A DNA stretch of 64,000 nucleotides from Elusimicrobiota bacterium (GCA_016714745.1 JADKCG010000011.1:41690-105689); one strand, 5' to 3'. Shown: positions 19,602 to 30,469, counted from the stretch's first letter. Made by a program: numbers and translations. Notes: generated by a model not told the origin, from the letters alone.

Positions 19602-20852
19602 TCATTGTCCCCAATGGGGGGTGAAACTGCGTCCCGGTATTTGAGCGAGCCGACGTGGGGTGGAGCCGTCGGCTCCCATCACCCACAGTTCGGGGCGGCC
19701 ACCGCGGGTACTGCTGAAAACGAGGCGGCGCCCATCGGGAGACCAGGTGGCGTTTTCGTTGTCCCCCTCCCCAAACGTCAGACGGGAAAGCTTTCCGGTC
19801 GCGACCTCCAACGTCCAGAGGTCAAAAAATTTTTTCTCCAACTGAGTAAACACGATTAAATGCCCCAGCGGGGACCAATGGGGAGAATCCGCCAGGGGAC
19901 CGCTGACCGCCCGGCGAAGGTTGGCGCCGGAAACGTCCATGAAATAGATCTGGGGCGTTCCCGGCCGATCGGACGTGAACGCGATGCGGTCACCGTCGGG
20001 CGACACCGTGGGCGCGGTATCAACGGCAGAGGAATTTGTCAGTGCTTGCACCACGCGCCCCTCCAGGTCCACGTGGAAGAGGTTCGGCGAACGTCCATCG
20101 GAAAGGGTCGCCACGATGGATTTTCCATCGGGCATCCACGCCGCGGCGGAATTGAGCCCCTCGAACCGGCAGAGCGTCGTCCGATCCCTCCCGTCGGACC
20201 GCATCCGATCGATGGACGGTCGACCGCCCCGATAAGAGGTAAAAATAATCCATTCCCCATCTGGGGAAAGTTTGGGGAAAAGGGCGATGGAATTGTCTCG
20301 GGTAAGACGAAGGAGGTTTTCCCCGTCCGCGTCCACCCGGTAAACGTCCTTTTTGCCCGCGGCGTCGTTGACGAACACAATGCGGCTCGCGGCGATGCCC
20401 GGCTGGCCGGTGACATAACGGACGATCTCGTCTGCCCAACGATGGGCGACCCGGCGCGCGTCCTCGTCCAACAAAAACTTTTTTGAGAGGACGGGCCGGC
20501 CGGTGTTGACGTCCAAAAGTTGCCCCTCAAATTGAACACGTCCAAACAGGGCTTTCCCGATAGACCCGACGCACAGCATATCGGCGCCGAGCCGGGACCA
20601 CGGGGCCGTCCCCTGTGAGGACGGAGGGCCCTCAACGATCACTTTGAATAGGTCCGCGGCCTCCAGATCATTTTTGAGCGTCCGAAAAATCGCCCCCGCG
20701 GAATCGCCCCCCCCGGGAACGCCTCGGTCGGTGGTCACCGCCGCCAGCCCCAGATCGGTTTTTTCACCTTTGGACGACAGTTCCAAATAAAGCGAGTCCG
20801 CCGCTAGAGAGACGGTGATAAAAAGGAAGAAAACAGGGTAGAATATTTTCAT
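19602..20852 (-). CDS. tolB: Tol-Pal system beta-propeller protein TolB
   Basis: 416 aa with a signal peptide and repeated propeller motifs (SPDGEWIIFTSYRGG, SPDGDRIAFTSDRPGTPQIY, SPDGRRLVFSSTRGGRPELW). Confidence 0.9.
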   Translation of the reverse strand: MKIFYPVFFLFITVSLAADSLYLELSSKGEKTDLGLAAVTTDRGVPGGGDSAGAIFRTLKNDLEAADLFKVIVEGPPSSQGTAPWSRLGADMLCVGSIGKALFGRVQFEGQLLDVNTGRPVLSKKFLLDEDARRVAHRWADEIVRYVTGQPGIAASRIVFVNDAAGKKDVYRVDADGENLLRLTRDNSIALFPKLSPDGEWIIFTSYRGGRPSIDRMRSDGRDRTTLCRFEGLNSAAAWMPDGKSIVATLSDGRSPNLFHVDLEGRVVQALTNSSAVDTAPTVSPDGDRIAFTSDRPGTPQIYFMDVSGANLRRAVSGPLADSPHWSPLGHLIVFTQLEKKFFDLWTLEVATGKLSRLTFGEGDNENATWSPDGRRLVFSSTRGGRPELWVMGADGSTPRRLAQIPGRSFTPHWGQ

Positions 20853-20864
20853 AAGACCGGACCG

Positions 20865-21770
20865 CTACTGCGCCGGAGACTTTTTGGGGACCGTCGGACG
20901 GACGGGAACCGCCTTCGGTTTCGCGGCGGGCGACGGTTTGGGAGCGAGATCGTCTTTGTCTCCCCGTAAAGACTTCAACCGCTCGTGGGCTTTTTGCGCC
21001 TCTTTGCGATGGGGGTATTTTTTTCGCAATCCGTCGTACACCGCGATGGCTTCGGACGTTTTTCCCAATTGCTCCAGCGTGAGCCCCTTCTGCAAAAGAG
21101 CCGTGGGCACCTGGCCGGATTTTGGGTAATGGACCACCACCGCGTCAAACGCCTCAAGCGCTTCCTCCCCATTTTTGAGAGCCACATAACATTCACCAAT
21201 GGTGTACTGGGCCAGGGGGGCTTTCTCGGTGTCAGGGTATTGGTCGAGGTACGTCTGAAAAATCTGAATGGCTTGGTCGTATCGACGTTTGGCGAATTCG
21301 TTGGCCCCCGCCTGATAGAACCGGGACGGCGAGGGCGCGGGAATGGATTTAACGCCCTGGACCGTTTTGACCACGGCGTCCAATCGGTTCGAGATGTTTT
21401 TGTCTAAATCGTCGATGCGGGCGGCCAGGGTGGTCATGTGGTCGTCTGTTTCAACCAGTTGAGAAGACAAAGACTCCAATTTAAGCGTCAGTTCTTCCAT
21501 CTTGGCCGAGAGGTCTGCCTGGTTTCCTTGAAGTGATGCCTGATTTTCCTTGAGAGCCCCTTGAAACTCCCCTTGCGTTTCTTGTTGTTCTGTGAGGGTG
21601 GTTTGGAGGCGAAAAATATCACCTCGGAGATCTTCAATCTCTTGGGTTGTGGCCAAACACCCCGGCAACACTAAACCCATAAACAAAATCACAGCCAAAG
21701 ACACCCCCCCCTCCCCCCTCAATTTTTTAAGGGGGGGCGGCGGGAATTTCGAAGAAAAGGGGATATCCAT
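20865..21770 (-). CDS. ybgF: YbgF/CpoB-like lipoprotein (coiled coil plus TPR)
   Basis: Lipobox LPGC, a coiled-coil segment, then TPR-like YDQAIQIFQTYLDQYPDTEKAPLAQYTIGECY...HYPKSGQVPTALLQKG. It sits between pal and tolB. Confidence 0.65.
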   Translation of the reverse strand: MDIPFSSKFPPPPLKKLRGEGGVSLAVILFMGLVLPGCLATTQEIEDLRGDIFRLQTTLTEQQETQGEFQGALKENQASLQGNQADLSAKMEELTLKLESLSSQLVETDDHMTTLAARIDDLDKNISNRLDAVVKTVQGVKSIPAPSPSRFYQAGANEFAKRRYDQAIQIFQTYLDQYPDTEKAPLAQYTIGECYVALKNGEEALEAFDAVVVHYPKSGQVPTALLQKGLTLEQLGKTSEAIAVYDGLRKKYPHRKEAQKAHERLKSLRGDKDDLAPKPSPAAKPKAVPVRPTVPKKSPAQ

Positions 21771-21841
21771 TAATTTTTCCAGAAGAGAAAAATCCCGGCC
21801 TTCCCGCTGACACTTAACGGAAAGGCCGGGACATTCAACTT

Positions 21842-22405
21842 TTATTTAGGGAGAGGGATTTGGACGGGCGTGGCGGACTTTAATGTCGTCTCACTCCGCC
21901 GGTTGCGGGCCCAGCAATCCTCCGTCATTTCAGTGCAGAGGGGCCGTTCTTCACCATAGGAAATGGTGTCCAGGGCCGACTTGGAAATGCCCAACGTGGC
22001 GTAATAATCCCGCACCACTTTGGCCCGCCGTTGGCCCAACGCCATATTGTATTCCAAAGTTCCCCGGTCGTCGCAGTGGCCTTCCACGCGAATTTTCACG
22101 CCGGAAGAGGCCTTGAGGATGGTTTTAAGAACCCCGGCGTTTTTCTTAAGACTCGCGCGGGACTCCGCTGTTAATTCCGCTTTCATATAGTGAAAGGTCA
22201 CCGTATCCAAAAAGCCGGGGGCGGTGCCCCAGTCGCTCCCCACATCAACGGTGGGAACCCCCGACGCCACGGGAGTCGCGACTTCCGTGGGTTCAGCGAC
22301 GGCCGCTTCGGGGGTGGGTCCTTTGGCCTTTGGGCAACCCGTGAGGGCCAACCCAAAGAGGACCAACGTCAAACCAGGAAAAACGAGTTTTTTCATTGAA
22401 TTCAT
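21842..22405 (-). CDS. pal: Peptidoglycan-associated lipoprotein Pal (OmpA family)
   Basis: ATG 22403-22405 has an AAGGAG RBS. Lipobox LALTGC. The OmpA-like C-terminus reads VEGHCDDRGTLEYNMALGQRRAKVVRDY. Confidence 0.88.
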   Translation of the reverse strand: MNSMKKLVFPGLTLVLFGLALTGCPKAKGPTPEAAVAEPTEVATPVASGVPTVDVGSDWGTAPGFLDTVTFHYMKAELTAESRASLKKNAGVLKTILKASSGVKIRVEGHCDDRGTLEYNMALGQRRAKVVRDYYATLGISKSALDTISYGEERPLCTEMTEDCWARNRRSETTLKSATPVQIPLPK

Positions 22406-22482
22406 GTGAATCTCCTTGGTGCAATGTGCCCGCAAGCCATTGCGGGGAAGGTGTTTTTTTGGTAAGATTCATTGTCAATATT

Positions 22483-23202
22483 ATGCCGAATTCTTTGGCA
22501 CCCATCTCTTTTCCCTGCGCCCTGGGCCTTGTTAAAGAGCGCCTGGCGGCCGCGGCCAAACGCGCCAAACGTTCTGCGGAAGAGATTGATATTTTGGCGG
22601 TTACTAAAACGATTTCGGCTGAACGGATGGAAGAAGCCCTGGCCCTGGGGCTTCGGCAATTCGGCGAGAGCCGCGTACAGGAAGCCGACAAAAAACGGGA
22701 GATCTTTGCGGCTCGGTTCCCCCCGGATAAAGCGCCCCGCTGGCATTTGATCGGGCATTTACAGAGCAACAAAGTTCGGCGAGCGGTGGCACTGTTTGAT
22801 TGCATTCAGTCCGTGGACAGCCTGAAACTGGCCGAACTTTTGGCCGCGGAGGGCGAGCGGCGCGCTCATCCGATCAGTTGTTTGGTGGAAGTTAAAATTT
22901 CCAACGAGGCCACAAAACAGGGAATGCCGCCGGACAATTTGGCCCCTTTCCTTGAACGGGCCGCACGACTTTCTTTTTTACGGATCGAAGGGCTCATGGG
23001 AGTGGCCCCTCTTTTCAAAGACGTTGAGAAAACACGTCCTTACTTTTCGGCCCTTCGGACGTTGTTTGAACGCAACAAGAACGCCTTTTTGGTGGATCGC
23101 CCGATCCTTTCTATGGGCATGTCTCAGGATTTTGAAGTGGCGGTGGAGGAAGGGAGCACGATGGTTCGCCTTGGATCCGCCCTTTTCGGAGCACGTTCAT
23201 GA
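22483..23202 (+). CDS. yggS: YggS-family pyridoxal-phosphate-binding protein
   Basis: From ATG 22483: ...ILAVTKTISAERMEEALALGLRQFGESRVQEA...WHLIGHLQSNKV...LSMGMSQDFEVAVEEGSTMVRLGSALFG. Confidence 0.88.
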   Translation: MPNSLAPISFPCALGLVKERLAAAAKRAKRSAEEIDILAVTKTISAERMEEALALGLRQFGESRVQEADKKREIFAARFPPDKAPRWHLIGHLQSNKVRRAVALFDCIQSVDSLKLAELLAAEGERRAHPISCLVEVKISNEATKQGMPPDNLAPFLERAARLSFLRIEGLMGVAPLFKDVEKTRPYFSALRTLFERNKNAFLVDRPILSMGMSQDFEVAVEEGSTMVRLGSALFGARS

Positions 23203-24006
23203 ATATGCGTTTGGCGGTTTTGGGAGGCGGGAACATGGGCGGGGCCCTGGTGGCGGGGATTCTGGCCGCCAAGATCGTCCCCCCGAGCCGGGTGACGGTG
23301 ACCGACGTGGACACCGCGCGAGCCAACCAGTTGAAGAAAGAATTTGGTGTGCGGACCGGCCACGACAACCGAGCCGCCGTTCGCAACGCGGATGTGATTG
23401 TTCTTTGCGTAAAACCCCTCCACATGGACGGGGTTCTTGCCGAGTTGGCCGGGCAGATCGGTCGGCAAACCCTGGTGATCTCTGTCGCGGCGGGTGTGCG
23501 GTCGGAACGCATTGAAAAAGCGCTGGGGAAAGTCCCGGTCATTCGGGTGATGCCCAATACCCCGGCGCTCCTGCGGGCCGGGACCCTCGTTTTCAGTCTG
23601 GGTCGGTATGCGAAACCACGACAGGAAACCACGGCCAAGAAAATTTTGTCGGCGCTCGGGCGCGTCTGGAAAGCGCCGGAATCGCGAATGGACGCGGTGA
23701 CAGCATTGTCGGGGTCCGGTCCCGCCTACGTTTTTTATCTCGCTGAATGTCTGGCGTCCGCGGGAGCGTCGTTGGGTCTTTCCCGAGAGATGGCCGACGC
23801 GCTGGCCCGCCAAACGGTGTATGGAGCGGGCCGCATGCTGGCGGAAACCAAAAACTCTGCCGCGGAATTACGGCGGCGCGTGACGAGCCCGGGGCACCAC
23901 CGAAGCGGCGCTGAAGGTGTTGACCGACCTCGATTTGGCCGGAACGTTTAAACGCGCTCTGACGGCCGCGAGCCGCCGGTCCAAGCAATTGTCAAGCGGC
24001 AAATGA
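23199..24006 (+). CDS. proC: Pyrroline-5-carboxylate reductase, frame interrupted near the C-terminus
   Basis: MNMRLAVLGGGNMGGALV...VMPNTPALL...LSGSGPAYVF. After VTSPG the frame must shift in the G run at 23891-23894 to read TTEAALKVLTDLDLAGTFKRALTAASRRSKQLSSGK, with a stop at 24004-24006. Confidence 0.88.
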
Positions 24007-24052
24007 TTTTTTGGGCCGATCACCGCCCGTGAGAGATTAAGGAGACCCACAC

Positions 24053-24316
24053 ATGATCATCCGAGTCCGAGTGATACCGAACGCCGTCCGAAGCGAAGTG
24101 GTGGGCCGCATCGGCTCCACCGTGCGAGTGAAAGTGGCCGCCCCGGCCATTGACGGCAAAGCCAACGCGGAATTGACGAACTTCCTGGCGGAATTCTTCG
24201 AAGTGAAAAACCGAGGGGTCAAGATCGTTCGCGGCGAGAAAGGGAAAGAAAAGACCGTTGAGATTTCGGGCCGCACCGAAGAAGAGCTCGAAGAAGTGAT
24301 GGAAACGATCCCCTGA
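24053..24316 (+). CDS. yggU: DUF167/YggU-family protein
   Basis: 87 aa with IRVRVIPNAVRSEVVG...VKVAAPAIDGKANAELTNFLAEFFEV. It keeps the conserved yggS-proC-yggU neighbourhood. Confidence 0.8.
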   Translation: MIIRVRVIPNAVRSEVVGRIGSTVRVKVAAPAIDGKANAELTNFLAEFFEVKNRGVKIVRGEKGKEKTVEISGRTEEELEEVMETIP

Positions 24317-25339
24317 AAAAAAGCCGTTCCCCGGTCGAAGCCTACCGATGGCGGAAGGGGCGCCTGGACGTTTTGGAACAGCGTGACCTCCCCCGTCCGG
24401 GTTCGATACATTTCCTGCCGAACCCACAGGGACGTGGCCCGCGCCATTCGCGACATGTCCATCCGTGGCGCCCCCGCCATTGGGTGCGCCGCGGCCTTCG
24501 GAATGGCTTTGGCCGCGAAAGAACGGCCGTTCAAACGTTCAAAAGACCTAACCGTCCAATTAGAAAAGGCACGACTGTGCCTGGGGGCCACACGGCCGAC
24601 GGCGGTGAACCTGTTCTGGGCCCTGGAACGCATGGCCCGGGTTTACAAAAATCCCAAAATTCTAAATCTCCCCATGGCCCTCGAACAAGAAGCCCTGGCG
24701 ATCCACACGGAAGACAGGGCGTCCTGCCATGCCATCGGTGACGCGGGGGCAAGACTTTTACCGAAGAAAGCGGTTGTTCTCACCCATTGCAACGCCGGGG
24801 CGCTGGCCACGGCCGGATACGGAACCGCCGTGGGCGTGATCCGCTCCGCCCACCGACAAGGCAAAATTAAACGGGTCTACGTTGACGAAACCCGTCCCTA
24901 CTTGCAAGGCGCCCGTTTGACCGCCTGGGAACTGGACCAAGAAGGGATCCCCTACGAGATTTTGACAGACAATATGGCCGGCCACATTTTAAAAACCGAA
25001 AAACTGGACGCGATTATTGTGGGCGCCGACCGCATCGCCGCCAACGGCGACACCGCCAATAAGATCGGCACGTATTCGTTGGCGATCCTGGCCCAATACC
25101 ACGGCGTCCCTTTTTATGTGGCCGCCCCTTTCTCAACGGTGGACCGCGCGACCCCCACCGGAGCCGCCATCCCCATCGAAGAACGGTCCGTCGAAGAAGT
25201 CGTCAAATTCCGAGGTTTCTCCATCGCTCCCAAAGGCGCCCAGGCCCGCCACCCGGCCTTCGACGTCACCCCCGCGAAACTCATCACCGCGATCATCACG
25301 GAACGCGGGGTTTTTTCTCCGAGGCGATTGCTGAGATAA
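24313..25339 (+). CDS. mtnA: Methylthioribose-1-phosphate isomerase (eIF-2B family), frame interrupted near the N-terminus; start uncertain
   Basis: ...VEAYRWRKGRLDVLEQRDLP in one frame joins VRYISCRTHRDVARAIRDMSIRGAPAIG... (ORF 24383-25339) across the C5 run at 24390-24394. Downstream motifs are THCNAGALATAGYGTA and VGADRIAANGDTANKIGTY. Confidence 0.8.
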
Positions 25340-25373
25340 CAGCTCACGGGGAACGCCACGCTCCCATCCCCGA

Positions 25374-25424
25374 CCACACGAACGTGTGAGCCACACGAAT
25401 GTGTGAGCCACACGAACGTGTGCG
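25374..25424. repeat. Three tandem 17-nt units, each containing the palindrome CACACGAAYGTGTG
   Basis: ccacacgaacgtgtgag / ccacacgaatgtgtgag / ccacacgaacgtgtgcg, immediately upstream of TAGAAT (25432-25437) and the ileS ATG. Confidence 0.9.
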
Positions 25425-25446
25425 GATTCGCTAGAATAGACACCCT

Positions 25447-28247
25447 ATGAAACCTAAATTCAACGTTCAACTGCCCAGAACCCAATTCCCCATGAAAGCC
25501 GACCTTCTCTCCGGGAACCGGACACGCTCGCCCGATGGGAAAAACTGCGCCTTTACGCTCGTCTGCAAGAAAAGAACGCGGCCGGCAAACCGTTTGTCCT
25601 CCACGACGGGCCTCCGTATGCCAACGGCGCGATCCACATGGGCCACGCGTTAAACAAAGTGTTAAAAGACATCATCGTCAAATACAAATCACTGCGGGGG
25701 TTCCGATCGCCGTATCTCCCCGGCTGGGACTGCCACGGATTGCCGATCGAACACCAGCTGATGAAAGAGAAAGGCTGGGACAAACACAAGGTGGGCCGTG
25801 TGACGTTCCGTCAAGAAGCCGCGCGATACGCGGAACATTGGATCGAGATCCAGCGACGGGAGTTTAAACGTCTGGGCATTTTGGGCGAATGGGAGCATCC
25901 CTACAAAACGCTCCAGCCCGACTACGAAGCCGGAATTGTGAAAACCTTTTATGACCTTTTAGCGAAAGGCGACGTGGTTCAAGACCGAAAACCCGTGTAT
26001 TGGTGTCCCCATTGCGAAACGGCGCTGGCGGAAGCCGAGGTCGAATACGAAACCAAAACCTCCCGCTCGATCTTTGTCAAATTCCCGATTGTCGAGTGGC
26101 CGTCCAACGCGGACGCGCAAAAGTTGGCGCGCCTTCACGGGAAAAAAGTCAACGTTTTGATTTGGACCACCACGCCGTGGACCTTGCCGGCCAACGTGGG
26201 GCTGGCCTTCCATCCGGAAGGCCGATACCGCATTTGGGAATCCGCCAAAACCCACGAACGCTTTTTGGTGGGAGATCCCGGGTGGGCGATGCTGGAAGAA
26301 CTGTTCGGCGGCGGCAAAACTGACGCGCCCACGGTGGACGGTTTGTCGCTGGAGGGCCTGGTCGCCAAGAACCCCCTTAACAACAACGATTCCCAAGGTC
26401 TCTTAGCGGAATTCGTTTCTTCTTCAGAAGGCACGGGCGTGGTCCACATCGCGCCCGGCCACGGGGAAGACGACTACCGGGCGGGAAAATCCTATGGTCT
26501 CACGGTCTTATCCCCCGTGGACGACCGAGGCCGATTTTCGGACGATGTCATGCCCAACGAACTGGCCGGAAAATCCGTCTGGGACGCCAACGCCCTGATC
26601 GTTGAGCGTCTGGCGAAATCGCACCTTTTGTTAAAGGAGACGAATGTCTCCCACAGTTACCCGCACTGTTGGCGGTGCAAAAACCCCATTATTTTCCGTG
26701 CGGCCAAACAGTGGTTTTTGAAAGTTTCCGATGCGTTCCGCACCGCACTCATCCAAAGCACCAACCGGGTGGAGTGGATTCCCGAGTACGGACAGGAACG
26801 GATCCTCGGAATGCTGAAAACTCGACCGGACTGGTGCTTGTCCCGCCAACGGTTTTGGGGAACGCCGATCCCCATGTTCCTCTGCGAGTCCTGCCATGAA
26901 CCCTTGAAAGACAAAACGGTTTTCGCCAACGTGGTGGACGCGTTCCGTGCTCACGGGAGCAACGTGTGGTATGAAAAAGACCCCGCGTTTTTTGGGGTGA
27001 CATCCCCCTGTGCCAAATGCGGGCACACGAAATTCAAAAAAGACGAAGACATTTTGGACGTCTGGTTCGACTCGGGCGTTTCGTGGGTTTCGGTTCTTCA
27101 ACAGAGGCCTGAAACAAAAGGCGTGGGTCGGGCGGACGTCATGTACCTGGAAGGCTCGGACCAACACCGAGGCTGGTTTCAAACGTCGCTTTTGCCGGCG
27201 GTGGCTTTGACGGGCGAACCGCCGTACGCCCAGGTTCTCACCCACGGCTTCGTTTTGGACGGACAGGGGCACGCCATGTCAAAATCGCTTGGCAATGTCA
27301 TCGCGCCGCAAGAACTCATCGAAAAATACGGGGCCGACATCGTTCGCCTTTGGGTGTCCGTGACAGATTACCGGGAAGACGTGAGGCTTTCCCAAGACAT
27401 TTTAAACCGTGTCATCGACACTTATCGAAAAATCCGCAACACCCTGCGGTTTATCCTCGGAAATTTAGGCGACTTCGTTCCCGCCCAAAACGCCGTGCCG
27501 ATCGACAAAATGGACGTGTTGGACCTGGCGGCCCTCTCCGCTTTGAACAAGTTGGTGGAACAGATCACGCACCATTTCGACGCCCAGGAATTCCACTTGG
27601 TCACCGCCGCCTTGGCCGACCATTTCTGCATCAATACCCTCTCCGAATATTACTTGGACGTGCGAAAAGACATCCTCTACTGTGATGGCCCGAATGCCCC
27701 CCGACGACGGAGCACCCAGACGGCGCTCTGGCACATCGGGCGAACCTTGGCGCGGGCCTTGGCGCCCCTCCTTTCATTTACGTCGGAGGAAACCTGGCAA
27801 ACCTTGGCCGAACAAAAGGTGTTAGCGAAAGAAGACAACCCAGAAAGCGTGTTTCTTAACCCATTTCCGACGGAAATTTCTTTGCCGGCGGGAAAGTATT
27901 TTGTCATGGCGGACTTTCTCCGGGCCAAACGGGCGGTGAACGAAGCTGTGGAAAAAGCCCGCCAAGCGGGCACGGTTAAGGCCCCCAACGACGCCTCGAT
28001 TCGGCTCAAGATTCATGAAGGAAACGCCCCGATGAGCGGGCTCCCCCTGGAAGAGCTGGCGTCCCTCCTGGGGGTCGCGCACGTAGAGGTGGAGCTGACC
28101 GGCACCGGGGATCCCCTCTCTGTGATGAGCGTCTCCGTCGCGCCCGGCGCCAAGTGCCCCCGCTGTTGGATTTGGCGCGAAATCACCGAAGGCGGCCTCT
28201 GCGCCCGATGCCGCGACGCGGAAACCGCCGCACCCCCCAAAAAATGA
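25447..28247 (+). CDS. ileS: Isoleucyl-tRNA synthetase, frame interrupted near the N-terminus
   Basis: MKPKFNVQLPRTQFPMKADL (25447 frame) joins REPDTLARWEKLRLYARLQEKNAAGKPFVLHDGPPYANGAIHMGHALNKVLKD (25638 frame) at about 25507-25512. The KMSKS motif appears as HAMSKSLGN, and C-terminal zinc-finger cysteines are present (CPRCW...CARC). Confidence 0.92.
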
Positions 28248-28257
28248 CTCTGGAATG

Positions 28258-28333
28258 TCGTTGCCCGATTTATCGGGTGATTTTTGCTTTGGTCGCGACG
28301 TTTCACCATCGCCCCATAAATGGGGCAACGACA
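28258..28333. repeat. About 76-nt TIR/hairpin element (copy 2 of 2)
   Basis: gtcgttgcccgatttatcgggtga...atcgccccataaatggggcaacgac is the inverse orientation of 2626-2705. Confidence 0.7.
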
Positions 28334-28350
28334 GAAAATTGGATCGCCCA

Positions 28351-28800
28351 TTGAGACGTTTCATCTCAACCGTCCTCACTGTTTTATTTCTGGACCAGAC
28401 CTCGAAAATCGTCTTGGAAAAGCTTTTACCCCTGGGCCATTCGGTTCCGCTCCTGCCTTGCTTCGCTTTGACCCACGTGCAAAACACCGGGGCGGCCTTC
28501 GGGATAATGGCCCAATCGAACAAACTCTTCATCGGCCTCACAGTGGTCATCTTGGCCCTCTTAGTCAAAATGCACAAAGAGGTAACCGCCCAGGGCGCCT
28601 GGGCCCGGACGGGGATTGCTTTTGTTTGGGGCGGCGCCATCGGGAATCTCGTGGACCGTCTCAGAAACGGCGCGGTCACGGACTTTCTTGATGTTTACTG
28701 GAAATCCTGGCATTGGCCCGCTTTCAATGTGGCCGATTCCGCCATCACCGTCGGCGTGAGTTTGCTCCTCCTCCAGAATTTCCTGACGGAAAAACCATAG
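28351..28800 (+). CDS. lspA: Lipoprotein signal peptidase II
   Basis: LDQTSKIVLEK...THVQNTGAAFG...GGAIGNLVDRLRNGAVTDFLD...WPAFNVADSAITVG. A TTG start at 28351 is preferred because the ORF-track start at 28255 lies in the repeat element. Confidence 0.88.
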   Translation: MRRFISTVLTVLFLDQTSKIVLEKLLPLGHSVPLLPCFALTHVQNTGAAFGIMAQSNKLFIGLTVVILALLVKMHKEVTAQGAWARTGIAFVWGGAIGNLVDRLRNGAVTDFLDVYWKSWHWPAFNVADSAITVGVSLLLLQNFLTEKP

Positions 28801-28802
28801 AC

Positions 28803-29567
28803 ATGCACCCGATCCTCTTCCGCTGGGGCCCCTTCACCCTCCACACCTACGGACTTTTTGCGGCCCTGGGATTTTTAGCCGGCTACGGGCTGGCCAACAC
28901 GACCGCAAAACGAAGGGGCCTTCCCCCGCCCTTGCGGGGGACGCTTTGGTCCCCCTTCTCATCGGCGGAATTTTGGGCGCCCGAATTTTCTATGTCATTT
29001 TCCATGCGGCAGAATTTTCGGGGGTTTGGCTGGACACCCTCAAAATCTGGCAGGGCGGTCTCATGTGGCAGGGCGGATTTTTGGGCGGCGTTATGGCTTT
29101 AGCGATCTTCGTTCATCGGCGGAAAATTCCGTTCCTCTCTGGCGGATGCCTTTTCCCCGGCGGTCGCTCTCGAGCAAGCCGTGGGCCGAATCGGATGTTT
29201 GTTCGCCGGCTGTTGTTTCGGGAAGACCTGCGACCTCCCCTGGGCCATCACGTTTCATAACGCCGAAAGCTTAGCGCCCACAGGCCAAGCGCTCCACCCC
29301 ACACAACTGTATGACGCAGGGCTCAACCTCGTCATCACCGCTCTTCTCCTTCGACTATCCAAAACCGGCTGGGCCAAACAAAGCGGACAGACCACGGGAC
29401 TTTATCTGCTCTTGGCTGGCCTGGCGCGACTGGCCGTGGAACCGTTCCGCGCCGACGCCCGAGGAACGGGGCTGGGGATCTTTTCGGCGACGGGGCTCGT
29501 GGCCATTGGGTTGATCATCGCGGGAACAACGATGAGCGTTGTCGTTCAATCCCGGCGCGCCCCATGA
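28803..29567 (+). CDS. lgt: Prolipoprotein diacylglyceryl transferase, frame interrupted twice
   Basis: MHPILFRWGPFTLHTYGLFAALGFLAGY.. joins ALAGDALVPLLIGGILGARIFYVIF...IWQGGLMWQGGFLGG.., which joins ADAFSPAVALEQAVGRIGCLFAGCCFGK...HPTQLYD. The shifts are at the C5 run 28923-28927 and at about 29120-29141. Confidence 0.88.
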
Positions 29568-30469
29568 AGGAAGAGAAAGAATTTGTCTTTTTGGACGAGG
29601 GAGAACGACTGGATCGGTTCCTGACGCGGTCCCTGGCTCCGCTGTCACGCACGCGAGTGCAACGACTGATCGAGGAAGGGGCGGTGACGGTGAACCGACG
29701 CACGGAACCGGCCCGCCGGCTTCTGGAGAAGGGAGATCGGGTACTGGTTCAAATTCCAACCTTCTCCGCTCTTCCCCCCGCCGCTGTTGAAAGTGTTCCG
29801 ATCCTGTATGAAGACGGCGATATCATTGTGGTGGACAAACCGGCAGGGGTGGTGGTGCACCCCGCGGGGCCCTACCGAACGGATACGCTGATCCAACGAC
29901 TGTGGCCAAAACTTTCCGCGGGGTGGGCCGTCACCGGTCAACGACCCGCCACCGATCGACCCGGCGTGGTTCACCGATTGGACAAGGGCACCTCCGGCGT
30001 GATGGTGATCGCCAAAACTCCCGCCGCCGCCGAAAACATCTCCCACCAGTTCGCGGCGCGAACGGTGAAGAAAACCTATTGGGCCTTGGTGCAGGGAACA
30101 CTCACGGCCCCCGGACGAATTCGGTCGTTGGTCGGACGATCCCGCCACACTCCCCAAAAAATGTCCACCGAGAGCGGCCGCCCTTCAGAAACAGAATACA
30201 TCGTTTTAAAAATCTTCCCCAAAACCCATCCCCCCACCACGCTTTTAGAAGTTCATCCGCGAACCGGACGAACCCACCAAATCCGGGTCCAATTGGCGGC
30301 GCTGGGACACCCGCTCGTAGGAGACACCCTCTACGGCGGCCCCCCGGGCCCGCGACCCCTCCTCCACGCCCTGCGGATTGAATTCCGTCATCCTCGATCC
30401 GGAAAAATCCTATCGTTCCAAGTCCCCCCCCCGGGGGACGTCGTTGTTCCCACCCACGCCGAGACCTAA
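29564..30469 (+). CDS. rluD: RluA/RluD-family pseudouridine synthase
   Basis: The N-terminus is S4-like (RLDRFLTRSLAPLSRTRVQRLIEEGAVTVN). The catalytic motif is HRLDKGTSGVMVIAK, followed by RTHQIRVQLAALGHPLVGDTLYG. Confidence 0.88.
   Translation: MKEEKEFVFLDEGERLDRFLTRSLAPLSRTRVQRLIEEGAVTVNRRTEPARRLLEKGDRVLVQIPTFSALPPAAVESVPILYEDGDIIVVDKPAGVVVHPAGPYRTDTLIQRLWPKLSAGWAVTGQRPATDRPGVVHRLDKGTSGVMVIAKTPAAAENISHQFAARTVKKTYWALVQGTLTAPGRIRSLVGRSRHTPQKMSTESGRPSETEYIVLKIFPKTHPPTTLLEVHPRTGRTHQIRVQLAALGHPLVGDTLYGGPPGPRPLLHALRIEFRHPRSGKILSFQVPPPGDVVVPTHAET

Noticed and set aside
28320-28691. 123-aa plus-strand ORF starting MGQRQ overlapping lspA
   Set aside because: The start codon is supplied by the repeat element (the same MGQRQ as the false aspS start). 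The frame overlaps the well-supported LspA frame and has no motifs.
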